Shown here: positions 43,502-53,800 of the stretch, in pieces
Position numbering within the stretch: position 1 is the stretch's first letter
Layout of the letters: every line of letters begins with the position of its first letter
Source: Alphaproteobacteria bacterium
GTDB lineage: Bacteria; Pseudomonadota; Alphaproteobacteria; Rs-D84
Direction: 5' to 3'
Assembly (NCBI GenBank): GCA_031549365.1
Contig: JAVBPX010000002.1
Coordinates: 1-59,050, forward strand
DNA: 59,050 bases
Made by a program: the position numbers and the translations under genes
Notes under the pieces: model-generated
The model's input: the letters and a program-made list of their open reading frames with translations, nothing else
Database searches by the model: none
Told to the model about the DNA's origin: nothing

Positions 43502-44554
43502 TTATTCCGCATCTTCGATTTCAGGCCCTGCCAACATTTCGTCCGCCAATACACCCGATTTTGCCATGACCAAATCCATGATTTCTTTTTGAATTGCTTC
43601 ATTTTCCTTTAAATAACGACGAGCTGCTTCACGACCCTGGCCGATACGTTCGGAATTATATGAAAACCAAGCGCCCGATTTTTCAACCAATCCCATTTTT
43701 ACGCCCATATCCAGTATTTCACCTGTTCTGGAAATCCCCTCGCCGTACATGATTTCGAAATCAACAACGCGAAAAGGTGGAGCAACTTTGTTTTTAACAA
43801 CTTTTACCCTTGTTTCATTACCAACCACGGTTTCTTTGTCTTTGATTTGGCCAACACGACGAATATCCAATCGAACTGACGCATAAAATTTCAGAGCATT
43901 TCCACCAGATGTTGTTTCAGGACTTCCGAACATAACACCAATTTTCATACGAATTTGATTGATGAAAATTAATAATGTATTTGAACGTGAAACAGATCCT
44001 GCCAATTTTTTTAATGCCTGGGACATTAAGCGGGCCTGTAACCCAACGTGAGTGTCGCCCATTTGACCTTCTAATTCCGCGCGTGGAACCAATGCTGCCA
44101 CAGAATCAACAACCACGACATCAACAGCGCCTGACTTTACCAAAGTATCGGCAATTTCCAACGCCTGTTCGCCAGAATCGGGTTGCGACACAACCAAGTT
44201 TTTAACATCAACACCCAATTTTTTTGCATAACTGGGGTCCAAAGCATGTTCCGCATCAATAAACGCGCAAGTGCCACCGTTTTTCTGAGATTCTGCAATA
44301 ACATGCAATGCCAACGTTGTTTTACCAGAGCTTTCCGGTCCAAAAATTTCGATAATTCGGCCTTTTGGCAAACCGCCAATACCCAATGCAATATCCAAGC
44401 CCAACGAACCTGTTGAAATGGCAGGAATATTCGCAACTTCTTCGGACATGGTCATAACGGAACCCTTGCCGTATTCACGTTCAATTTGAGCCAAAGCCAT
44501 TTCCAACGCACTGTTTGATTTTTTGACTTCCGATTCTGTGACTTTTTTTGCCAT
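43502..44554 (-). CDS. recA: Recombinase RecA
   Basis: [35 protein letters not shown]; start at MAKKV after AAGGAG. Confidence 0.98.
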   Translation of the reverse strand: MAKKVTESEVKKSNSALEMALAQIEREYGKGSVMTMSEEVANIPAISTGSLGLDIALGIGGLPKGRIIEIFGPESSGKTTLALHVIAESQKNGGTCAFIDAEHALDPSYAKKLGVDVKNLVVSQPDSGEQALEIADTLVKSGAVDVVVVDSVAALVPRAELEGQMGDTHVGLQARLMSQALKKLAGSVSRSNTLLIFINQIRMKIGVMFGSPETTSGGNALKFYASVRLDIRRVGQIKDKETVVGNETRVKVVKNKVAPPFRVVDFEIMYGEGISRTGEILDMGVKMGLVEKSGAWFSYNSERIGQGREAARRYLKENEAIQKEIMDLVMAKSGVLADEMLAGPEIEDAE

Positions 44555-44623
44555 ATTTTCTCCTTTTGAAAATTTGATGACATAATCATAACACGTTCCG
44601 AATCGATTAATCAAGCAAAAAAT

Positions 44624-44638
44624 GTTCGCCTTTCGTTC
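44624..44638. promoter_or_regulatory. Alphaproteobacterial LexA (SOS) box upstream of recA
   Basis: GTTC-GCCTTTC-GTTC matches GTTC-N7-GTTC, about 70 bp upstream of the recA start. Confidence 0.8.
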
Positions 44639-44700
44639 TTTTTTACAACAAAATAAAAACCCGCCGTTTTCAGCGGGTTTAATCTGTACTATTTCAAATT

Positions 44701-45822
44701 TTATTGAATGTTATCCATTGCGTCCAATACTTTTTTCAAAGAAATTGCACGTTCGTGATCGCCCAATTCGATTGAAATACGGATGGCTGTGGATACATCT
44801 TCTTGGGCACCCAATATGTCATTACGCTTTAAACGCAATGCGCCACGGGTTTCGTAATATCCCATTGCCGTACGAGAAAGAACATCTTGATCCTCGCTTG
44901 TTGCTGCATTATTTATTGCATCTGCGACACCCTGAATCGCATATGTATAATCCAAAATCGAGCCCGCAAAATCAGCCATTGCCATTTTTGCTTCGGCGCG
45001 ACCTGCAAAATCATAGTAACGATTTTGTTCCATTCCCAGTTCAATTGCCATTGTGTAATCTTGGATTGCCCCAATGTTATCCTTGGTCCACAATCTTAGT
45101 TGGGCACGTTTTGAATATAAATTTGGCTGCTCCATAAATGAATAAACAAAACGAGACGCTGCATCAGATTCAATCGCCGCAGAATAATCCACAATAGCAC
45201 CACTCCAGTCATCCAATTTGGTTTTGGCAACCGCACGACCATAAAAAGAAAGGGCATCTGTTGGATCCAATTGAATTGCTGTATTAAAATTAATCAATGC
45301 ATTCGCATAATCCCCCATTTCTGACAAAATTTGGCCACGATTCGCATATGCTTGGGCATAATTTGAGTTTAATGCAATTGCGGTCGAATAATCAACCAGC
45401 GCGCCACGCAAATCTGGATTAATTGACGAATCTTGCTTGGCCTTGCCGTTTATAAAATATTCATCTGCCAAAGCCGCCTGTTGTTCCGATGATAAACTGA
45501 CTGCATTTGCGACAACAACCTGATCTGGGGCAATTTCTGGAACAATGACAGATTTATTAACAACAACTGCGTTATCAACAATTTCAGGCACAATTACACC
45601 CGATTTATGCGTTGAATCCCAAAAAAATGAAGATACAACAATTAATCCCGCTGTAACAACAGCGCCCAAAACCAACCAATAACCATATAATTTGGCACGG
45701 GCCGATATCTCGGGATCAATCTTGATTTTTAATTTTGAATCTGAATTTTTTTTGGCCGCGACCTTGGCCTCGGCTATTTTGCGTGTTTTTCTGATACTGA
45801 TTTTTGAATTTTTCTTTGGCAT
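44701..45822 (-). CDS. Membrane-anchored tetratricopeptide repeat protein
   Basis: One TM segment, then TPR motifs (AYANRG..., DYS.AI.L). Confidence 0.85.
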   Translation of the reverse strand: MPKKNSKISIRKTRKIAEAKVAAKKNSDSKLKIKIDPEISARAKLYGYWLVLGAVVTAGLIVVSSFFWDSTHKSGVIVPEIVDNAVVVNKSVIVPEIAPDQVVVANAVSLSSEQQAALADEYFINGKAKQDSSINPDLRGALVDYSTAIALNSNYAQAYANRGQILSEMGDYANALINFNTAIQLDPTDALSFYGRAVAKTKLDDWSGAIVDYSAAIESDAASRFVYSFMEQPNLYSKRAQLRLWTKDNIGAIQDYTMAIELGMEQNRYYDFAGRAEAKMAMADFAGSILDYTYAIQGVADAINNAATSEDQDVLSRTAMGYYETRGALRLKRNDILGAQEDVSTAIRISIELGDHERAISLKKVLDAMDNIQ

Positions 45823-45851
45823 AATTCTCCCCCTACTTGTTCCCTACAACG

Positions 45852-46571
45852 CTATGGTTGCATTTTTTTAATAATCTGGTCAACCTCTTTTTTGGAACAA
45901 ACGCGAATTTTGCCAATGGGAATATCATCCAATTCAAATGGGCCATAATTTGTGCGCACTAATTTTGCGACATCCAATCCCAATTCGCCCATTACTATGC
46001 GGATTTCGTTATTTTTACCCTCGGCCAATTTTAATTCAATTTCAGTGTTTGTATTACCAGATTTTAATATTTTAATTTTCATGGGGGAATAATGCACACC
46101 ATCAATTATAATCCCACGACGCGCACGATCCAATATTTTTTCATCACATTTACCATGAACACGGGCACGATATGTTCGAATTAATCCAGATTTCGGCAAA
46201 GTCATAAATCGCGCCAATTCACCGTTGTTGGTTAATAACAATAACCCTTCGGTCCTGTAATCCAGGCGCCCAATGTATTTTAAATTTTTGTATTCGACCG
46301 GCAATACATCATATATTGTTTTACGCCCTTGCGGATCGGACAATGATGTTAATGTATCAATCGGTTTATTTAATATAATTAATATTGTATCGGTTCGTGG
46401 CTCGACCAATTTACCGTTTAGTTTTACAATATCGCCATTTTCAACAAAATATACAGGCGTATTAACGATCGCATCGTTTACAGATACAATGCCCGATTCA
46501 ATTAATCGTTCGGCCGAACGCCTTGACGCAACCCCTGAATCCGATAAAAATTTCGCCAATCGTGTTTTCAT
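45852..46571 (-). CDS. rRNA pseudouridine synthase (RluB/RsuA family)
   Basis: S4 domain RLAKFL..SGVASRR, LNKP, GRLD..TEGLLLLTN, EGKN.EIR. Confidence 0.92.
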   Translation of the reverse strand: MKTRLAKFLSDSGVASRRSAERLIESGIVSVNDAIVNTPVYFVENGDIVKLNGKLVEPRTDTILIILNKPIDTLTSLSDPQGRKTIYDVLPVEYKNLKYIGRLDYRTEGLLLLTNNGELARFMTLPKSGLIRTYRARVHGKCDEKILDRARRGIIIDGVHYSPMKIKILKSGNTNTEIELKLAEGKNNEIRIVMGELGLDVAKLVRTNYGPFELDDIPIGKIRVCSKKEVDQIIKKMQP

Positions 46572-47075
46572 AACAAATCCTTTTCTATACCATTTGGGAT
46601 TTGCTTATCCTCGCCCATTTGGGAGAGGAAGTTTTGCTCTGCACCACGTGCAGCAAGCAAAACTGGAGAGGGTAAATTTTGTTTGATAACAATAGTTATT
46701 CCATCCAAATTACTTAATATATCATTATTCCAAAATCTTATTATTTTGAATCCTTTTGATTCTAGGAAACACGACCTTTTGCTATCAACAACGTCGTTAT
46801 GCTGTCCTCCGTCGCACTCTATTACAAGCTTAATCTCTAAACACACAAAATCAACGATATAATTACCAATCGGGTGTTGTCTTTTAAAAGTATACCCTAA
46901 ATTTTTTCTACGTAACAACGCCCACATTTTTTGTTCTGCAATTGTTGGATTTCTTCTATTATGTTTGGCCAAGGATAAAATTCTATGTTTATTTACCCCC
47001 TCTCCTTTGTCCTCTCCCCGCTGGGGCGAGGAAATATTCGAATCCGATAAAAATTTCGCCAATCGTGTTTTCATA
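46537..47075. mobile_element. DUF559 insertion cassette with 36-bp direct repeats and inverted terminal palindromes
   Basis: Identical GAATCCGATAAAAATTTCGCCAATCGTGTTTTCATA at 46537-46572 and 47040-47075; inverted GC-rich hairpins at 46608-46629 and 47010-47032. Confidence 0.75.
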
Positions 47076-47080
47076 CCCAT
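46568..47080 (-). CDS. DUF559 (Vsr-like PD-(D/E)XK) endonuclease domain protein
   Basis: RRNPT.AE..MW..LR, FKRQHPIGNYIVDFVC, IECDGGQH, IIRFWNND. Confidence 0.9.
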   Translation of the reverse strand: MGMKTRLAKFLSDSNISSPQRGEDKGEGVNKHRILSLAKHNRRNPTIAEQKMWALLRRKNLGYTFKRQHPIGNYIVDFVCLEIKLVIECDGGQHNDVVDSKRSCFLESKGFKIIRFWNNDILSNLDGITIVIKQNLPSPVLLAARGAEQNFLSQMGEDKQIPNGIEKDLL

Positions 47081-47318
47081 ATTTTATAATGTTTTTCAAT
47101 AAATTGCAATCCACCTGTATATAAACCACATTTTTATATAAAAAACACCCCAAATTTCAGGGTGTTTTTAAATGGTGCGCCTTGCTGTGGCATCATCGGA
47201 CTAATCACAGCAACCTTTTACCAACATTATCAAAGAAAAGTCAACAATTTCATAGTCAATTATCTTGATTTTGGAAAGCATATAAAGTATTATCTGAATA
47301 TAAAAACAAGGAAAAAAT

Positions 47319-47882
47319 ATGAGAACTGCATTAATATGTCACGGCATCCTAACAGAAGAAGCTTTTAATAAAAACACTATGCCTTGCAACGCTGCGCTTT
47401 GGTATCCATGGGTACAACACAAATTGGAATTCATGAATATTTGGGCCCAATGTCCATTATTTAAAAAGTCTTATTTACCTGTCAGAAGTTATGATTCCGA
47501 TGCGGTTCTATTGAAAAGATTTGATATAAACAAAGACAGCATATTAATTGGTCATTCATGTGGTGGTGGATTATTAGTAAAATTTTTATCACAAAACCCT
47601 GATATAAAAATATCGCAATTAATTCTGGTTGCGCCATGGATTGACCCAACACATGAATTTGATTCATATTTTAATTTTGAGCCCGATCCAAAATTGACCG
47701 AACGTGTCGGACAAATCGATTTATTATATTCAACTGATGACCGCCACGGTGATTGGATATTCAAAAGTTGTGAAAAGCTGATGAAAATATATCCGAATAT
47801 GAAAGTTCACAAGTTTGATGATAAGAATCATTTTTCTGGTGAAATGACAGAATTACCCGATTTATTAAAAGTTATAAAATAA
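47319..47882 (+). CDS. RBBP9/YdeN-family alpha/beta hydrolase
   Basis: HG, WYPW, GHSCGG nucleophile elbow, LVAPW, STDD, NHF. Confidence 0.85.
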   Translation: MRTALICHGILTEEAFNKNTMPCNAALWYPWVQHKLEFMNIWAQCPLFKKSYLPVRSYDSDAVLLKRFDINKDSILIGHSCGGGLLVKFLSQNPDIKISQLILVAPWIDPTHEFDSYFNFEPDPKLTERVGQIDLLYSTDDRHGDWIFKSCEKLMKIYPNMKVHKFDDKNHFSGEMTELPDLLKVIK

Positions 47883-48024
47883 TCAAAAGCAAGGAATCCA
47901 AGGCTTTTTGTGAAATAGTCCGATAAATGTGAAAATCGGACTGATTTTTGAAACTGTATTATCGGACTCGCCGAATCTTTGGTGACCGTGGTCTGCGTAA
48001 CTTTTTCGCCAACCCATCACAACC

Positions 48025-48098
48025 TGGTGCCTCCTGCGGGAATCGGACCTGCGCCTCGTCCTTACCAAGGACGTGTTCTACCACTATACTAAGGAGGC
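48025..48098 (-). tRNA. tRNA-Thr(GGT)
   Basis: GCCTCCT...CGTCC TTGGTAA GGACG...GGTCCGATTCC...AGGAGGC ACCA; atypical T-arm. Confidence 0.85.
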
Positions 48099-48171
48099 AT
48101 GATAAACATTCAGTGCCACGAATTATAACTATATTTTATTAAAAATCAACCCCAATTTTCGCGATATTTTG

Positions 48172-48756
48172 TTAAACCATGAATGGCAAATTTTCCAATG
48201 TACCCTCGGACACGCGGACGTTTACATCAATGACCAAAAATATTTTAGTATCCAATGTTGATGGATCTGTTGGCTCATCCGGTAACATAAACATTTTTGG
48301 ATTCAAAAAGTGCGAAGTGTTTACCGAAATTTTCGTAACCAAATGATCGTCATCCAATAATGCATAAATTGGGCCAATGTTACGTGGGGTGTTTTCACCA
48401 ACCTCGTGTTCGTTTTGCGGGCAACGTAACGCGTCCAATAATGTTTTAACGCGATTATCAATATCAGCACGTGCGACGCCAACCACTTCGGGATGCAACA
48501 TTTGAATATCCAATTCGGCGATCAAATTCAATCCAGGTGTAATAATTGGATTAAAATCAATTCCGCCGACATGGCGTGTAATAATTGGCGATTTTCGGGG
48601 ATTGGGCATCATGAATGCTTGCAAATTATGCCATGGTGAATGTGTTATCAATTCTTTCAGCTGATCATGAAATTGCATACGAATTTCAGCAACATGTTGG
48701 GAACGTTTTTTTGGGTTTATTTTTAACTCTCCGAAATACAGCAATTTGAATTTCAT
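48172..48756 (-). CDS. Hypothetical protein with RusA-like motif
   Basis: DIDNRVKTLLDAL...LLDDD resembles the RusA DxDN..K...D.L / DD acidic motifs. Confidence 0.65.
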   Translation of the reverse strand: MKFKLLYFGELKINPKKRSQHVAEIRMQFHDQLKELITHSPWHNLQAFMMPNPRKSPIITRHVGGIDFNPIITPGLNLIAELDIQMLHPEVVGVARADIDNRVKTLLDALRCPQNEHEVGENTPRNIGPIYALLDDDHLVTKISVNTSHFLNPKMFMLPDEPTDPSTLDTKIFLVIDVNVRVSEGTLENLPFMV

Positions 48757-48806
48757 GTTTTATCCTTTGTTTGTTTTAACAATTATACCATAATTTAAAA
48801 TTGTAT

Positions 48807-50699
48807 TCAATTTGAATTGTTTGGCAACATTGTATCGTGAAAAATTTCCGCAGGCGTAACTCCACCCGTAATTTTATTCGACATCGGGGTAAAATTATCG
48901 TTTCCAACCCAAATACCCATGATTAAATTATCTGTGTATCCGATAAACCAAGCATCCCGATTTTCGGACGATGTTCCTGTTTTCCCACCACGCGTTATAC
49001 CATCCACATACGCACGATGGCCCGTACCTCCGACAGCCACCGTTTCCGCCAATAATTCTTGGATTTCCGACACTGTATTTTGTTGTAAAATCTGCAATGA
49101 TTCGGATGGGATACGCTCGTACAATGTTTCGCCGGAATCGGTAACGATTGATGTTACTGCGTACGGGATAACCGAATGCCCATCATTCGCTATAACCGCA
49201 TACATTGTTGTTAAATCCAACAATGTCATTTCGGACGCGCCCAACACAGTTGAAAATTCGCGTTTCAAAGTTGTTCCAACACCCAAACGCGACGCCATGG
49301 ATAATACGGATGAAATGCCATATTCGCGCGTTAATTTAATCGGCACAGAATTAACCGATTTTGCAAACGCTGTTTTTAATGGAATATCGCCATAATATTT
49401 ATCGTTATAATTTTTTGGAGAATATTTTCCAACAGTTATATGAGAATCGTTTACATATGTTTCAGGCGTCATACCATGTTCCAATGCCACCAAATAAACA
49501 ACCGGCTTGAATGCAGAACCTGGCTGACGCGGGGCCTGAGACACCCGGTTGAATTGAGAAGCCTGATAATCAATACCACCAACCATTGTTAAAATTGCAC
49601 CCGATTTATCCATTATAACTGCGGCTCCCTGGCCTACTGATTTATCATTATTTTTTAATACGTTCGAGCGGACAACACCAGCAGTTTTTTGTTGCTGACG
49701 GCTGTCCAAGGTTGTATAAATTATTAAATCTGAATCCGGCTGATCTCCCAATCTCGACAAAACATCATCCCAAACATAATCTGTAAAATAACGAAAAATA
49801 TTTTCGTCATTTCGCACAGGAATTGGTTTAGCTGCATCCGCAATCGCGTTGTTCATTTGGTCCAACGTAATATATTTTTGATCATACATTGCGCGTAAAA
49901 CGATTTTTGTACGACCTAATGATTTTTCAGGATTTCGAATTGGATTATAAGTTGTCGGAGCCTTTAACATCGCAGCCAATTGTGCGGATTGCGCCAATGT
50001 TAAATCGGCCGCAGGCACAGCATATAAATCACGCGCCGCGGCATCCAATCCGCGCATACCCTTGACCAGGGATATGCGATTCATATATAAATTTAAAATT
50101 TGATCTTTGGAAAAACGAGATTCCAACCAAAACGATAAAATCATTTCTTGGACTTTGCGCGTTACTGTTTTTGACGACGATAAAAACACATTTTTGGCCA
50201 ATTGTTGGGTCAGAGAACTGCCACCCTGGACCACACGACCGGCGTGCATATTTTTTAACACAGATCGCGCAATACCTGATAAATCCAGCGCACCATGATC
50301 AAAAAACCGGCGATCTTCGATTGCAACAATTGATTGCCAAACATATGGCGGCACGTTTTTTGTTGAAACCTGGGCCCCAACCAAGCGATTTAATGCACGA
50401 ATTTCATATCCATCACGATCAACAAATGTCGCGGATGGCATTCTGGTTTCATTTAACAATTGATCCAGTGACGGCATGCGCAAAAATATAAACAAAATAA
50501 ACAAGGCGATCGCAACAAATCCCCAAATTGTTGCAATTCCAGTCCACTTTAAAATTTTCCATTTTAATTGGCCATTTTTTTCAGGCCTCCATGGCAGCAG
50601 AGCATTGTCCGGCACCCGGTCATTTTTATAATGACGTCCGGGCCCCATTGCAATATGTTTTGAACCACTCTCTTTTAATATCTTTTTTAATACCAACAT
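48807..50699 (-). CDS. Class A penicillin-binding protein (PBP1A family)
   Basis: EDRRFFDH, GGSSLTQQLAKN, RQPGSAFKP (SxxK), SVN, KTGT. Confidence 0.93.
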   Translation of the reverse strand: MLVLKKILKESGSKHIAMGPGRHYKNDRVPDNALLPWRPEKNGQLKWKILKWTGIATIWGFVAIALFILFIFLRMPSLDQLLNETRMPSATFVDRDGYEIRALNRLVGAQVSTKNVPPYVWQSIVAIEDRRFFDHGALDLSGIARSVLKNMHAGRVVQGGSSLTQQLAKNVFLSSSKTVTRKVQEMILSFWLESRFSKDQILNLYMNRISLVKGMRGLDAAARDLYAVPAADLTLAQSAQLAAMLKAPTTYNPIRNPEKSLGRTKIVLRAMYDQKYITLDQMNNAIADAAKPIPVRNDENIFRYFTDYVWDDVLSRLGDQPDSDLIIYTTLDSRQQQKTAGVVRSNVLKNNDKSVGQGAAVIMDKSGAILTMVGGIDYQASQFNRVSQAPRQPGSAFKPVVYLVALEHGMTPETYVNDSHITVGKYSPKNYNDKYYGDIPLKTAFAKSVNSVPIKLTREYGISSVLSMASRLGVGTTLKREFSTVLGASEMTLLDLTTMYAVIANDGHSVIPYAVTSIVTDSGETLYERIPSESLQILQQNTVSEIQELLAETVAVGGTGHRAYVDGITRGGKTGTSSENRDAWFIGYTDNLIMGIWVGNDNFTPMSNKITGGVTPAEIFHDTMLPNNSN

Positions 50700-50882
50700 A
50701 GGTTCGATTATATCACAAAAATTCCCATATTTCCAATTGCTTTTAATTGCAAGAACCAATTATCACATATGAATAAATTCCGCTATATGTATATACACAT
50801 TTCCTCTGGACACACCCGCGATAAGTCTTTATTATACAGCTATATAAATGTGGGTAAATTTGGGACGCAAGGTTAATAATAC

Positions 50883-53800
50883 ATGAACATTTTTTTAATG
50901 TTGATTACTTTCTTGTTTATGGCTGGATATTATTATATGCAGTCACCCAGCCTGTCATTCCGCGAAGATTCCCGTGAAGTATTGGCCGAAACAGCCGGTG
51001 TTAAATCAATTTTGGCTTGTGTGTCCCAGGTTCACTTCCAATCATTAAAAGAAAACGATGTAAATTTATATCCACATAATCATCAGTTTAAAAACGATTC
51101 TGGATGTGCAAAAAAATATAAAATCACGTCCAAGAAAATTTGTATGAAGGGTGACAGATTAACGCCCGAATGTTACCCAGACGTTGCGAATGCAGCCGAC
51201 ATATCGCACTATGTTATTACAAAATCGGCGGTATTGGACCAACGCGATACCGGTAAAGTATTGGATTTGTTACGACGCGATTATCGACATGCTTCTAATT
51301 TGGGTATGATGATGGTATCCGAGGAACGAAAGCCGATATTGGTATCCGCTGCCGAAGTTCCGTTGGAAGTATCAACCCCTGTATTTTCCGCCATGTCAAT
51401 GCGTACTGGCGATTTGGTATATTATTCCCAATATAACAAGGATGAAATCTTGGCCCAAATGCGAAATAATGAAATGAATCGCGTTACTTGCGTTGGAAAT
51501 GAAATCAAGGTCTATCGTTATCGCCAATGGATATGCGAAGTGCCGTCTGAAAATGCGTTATGCATTGGGGATATGATTTATGATCGCAATGTCGGCGGAT
51601 GCGTAATGGATGAAAGCAAAAAGCCAGTATGCCCCGGCCGCGAAGAAGCAGTCAGCATAAATAACTTGTGGGTTTGTGTGCCTCCGCAAATGACAATTAA
51701 ATGCGAATCACCATTGGTCGCCCAATTAAATTTCCAAACTTTTGAATGGGAATGCATTTTTGATCCAGATCGAATCGAAGATTCAACAGAATGCACATCA
51801 TCAAAAAAGGATCAATTAACTGGCGAAATTTCCAGTGAAATTATTCAAATTACCGCCGGATCTTCGCATTGTACCGATTGCGAAATATTTGATCAAAGCG
51901 ATGGTCGCTGCAACAATACGTGCACTCCAAACCCACAGCGCATTTCTAATCCTTCGTGCTATAACCCTGTAATTGATTGTACCAATACGGATTCTCAAAA
52001 CCCGACCAAGGCCATATATTTCGGATTTCCAAAATATGGAACTGGTACAGACGCCGCCAGATCTCTGGAATACATAAACAACGCGAAAAAGACTATACGG
52101 GAACTCCAGGGTATTGATTCTGTTATATTGGGATCGGTTCCATCAAATAATCGTTACTTTAACTGTTTGGACTGTGGCAGTTTACGAATAAATAAAAAAA
52201 CACTTGTTCTGAACATGTTTGCAGAATGCGATTATAGCGGCACACATTATGCGATTTGTAGCAATGGCGGAAAAGATCCGGACAATGTATATGTTATTGA
52301 TCCAAACGCAAATGATCCATCAAATAAAAACAAAGGCGGCTGTAAAAATCTTGATGATGTTGTCAATGTTGTTCCGCCATGTCCGGATGGTTTCTATCGC
52401 AAAAATAAATCTGAATCATGCCGACCAAAATTTTGTAATTCCAATGACGGGGTTGGAAATGTATGCCCTTCGGATCGCCCGGTTATGGTTTTAACCCAGG
52501 CCGGAAAAAACAATGAAACTTGCGTTTATTGTTGGCGACCTTCGATTAAAATCCCAGGATTGGCATCTGCGAATATATCTATAACACCAAACGTTGGTTC
52601 AACAAAAATAAACGGTACTTATTCCGCAAATATTGCGTTTGACTGGAAAGCAACGTTATCATCAAAACAATCCGAAGCAATTCCGGACACAGGGTCTGAT
52701 TTATCACTTTTTGCCGTAACTGCGCGCATGAACACTAAAAAACAAATCAAGGATTCTGTTTTACGCTTTTTTGGTGGACGCAACACAAACGCCGAGGATA
52801 TATTCGATGCCAATGGAAATTATATTGATTTAATACAATCATTAAATTGGGGAAATTTTTCTGGAACAAATATGCCACCGCTTCCAATCCCAATCCCCCA
52901 GGATAAATTAACAACATTATATAATAACGTCGATTTGGGCGGTCTTGAATATAATGTAATTCCATGCGCTGTTAAAAATGCAAATGGTTATTGTGTTGAT
53001 TCGGACTTATCTTTGGATTCTTCGAAAACCAATGGCACCGGGTATCATATGGTAATGCCCGGATATGTTCGCAAATGGTCCGGGAATGATTGGACGACAT
53101 CTTGGTGGTTAAATGATAAAGATGACAAATCCAACCAAACATTGGCCAAAGATTCCGTATTGAAATGTGCAGACGGCGACATAATGCGCGTATTTGGTAA
53201 ATTTACTGATTCCGGCGATTTGGCCGCCACCCGTTATTGCATGCGCCCGATCCCATTGGCCAATGATATCCCATCAGACGGCGAATTTAAACGTGATGGT
53301 ACAAAAATTGGCGGCTGGCAGGATTCAACCGTTGATTACATGTCATTTGGACAAAAACAAAAAACAACAACTGATGATTATAAAAATAAATTGTTTCCAT
53401 ATTATGGATGTTTATCAACTTCGAACAATGATAAAGTAATCCAGACTGGATGTTCTCCGTGTTATGATGTTGTGAAATCTGAAACTGTTGTATTCAACGA
53501 ATATGAAAAGGTTGACAATGTTATCCGAAAAAAAACAACGTCGCCATATAATCAAATATTTAATGCCGTTGATGTATTGAGTGTTAAAACCGGAACAATT
53601 ACAACGCCAACAACATTAAATGTTGGAAGCGGCCGCCAAACGGTTTCTGGGAATAATAATACCATATACATTAAACCTGAAAAATGTTCGGGAACTGAAT
53701 TTTTGGATGATAAAACAACCGAAACACGTGCTGGATGCCCGGCCGGAATGATTCGTTATTGGGGTACGGATCATTATTGGACACCATGCTATTACAATAT

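Noticed and set aside
47173-47215. Full tRNA gene ending GGCGCACCA
   Set aside because: No D-arm or anticodon arm can be built; treated only as a possible att remnant or hairpin
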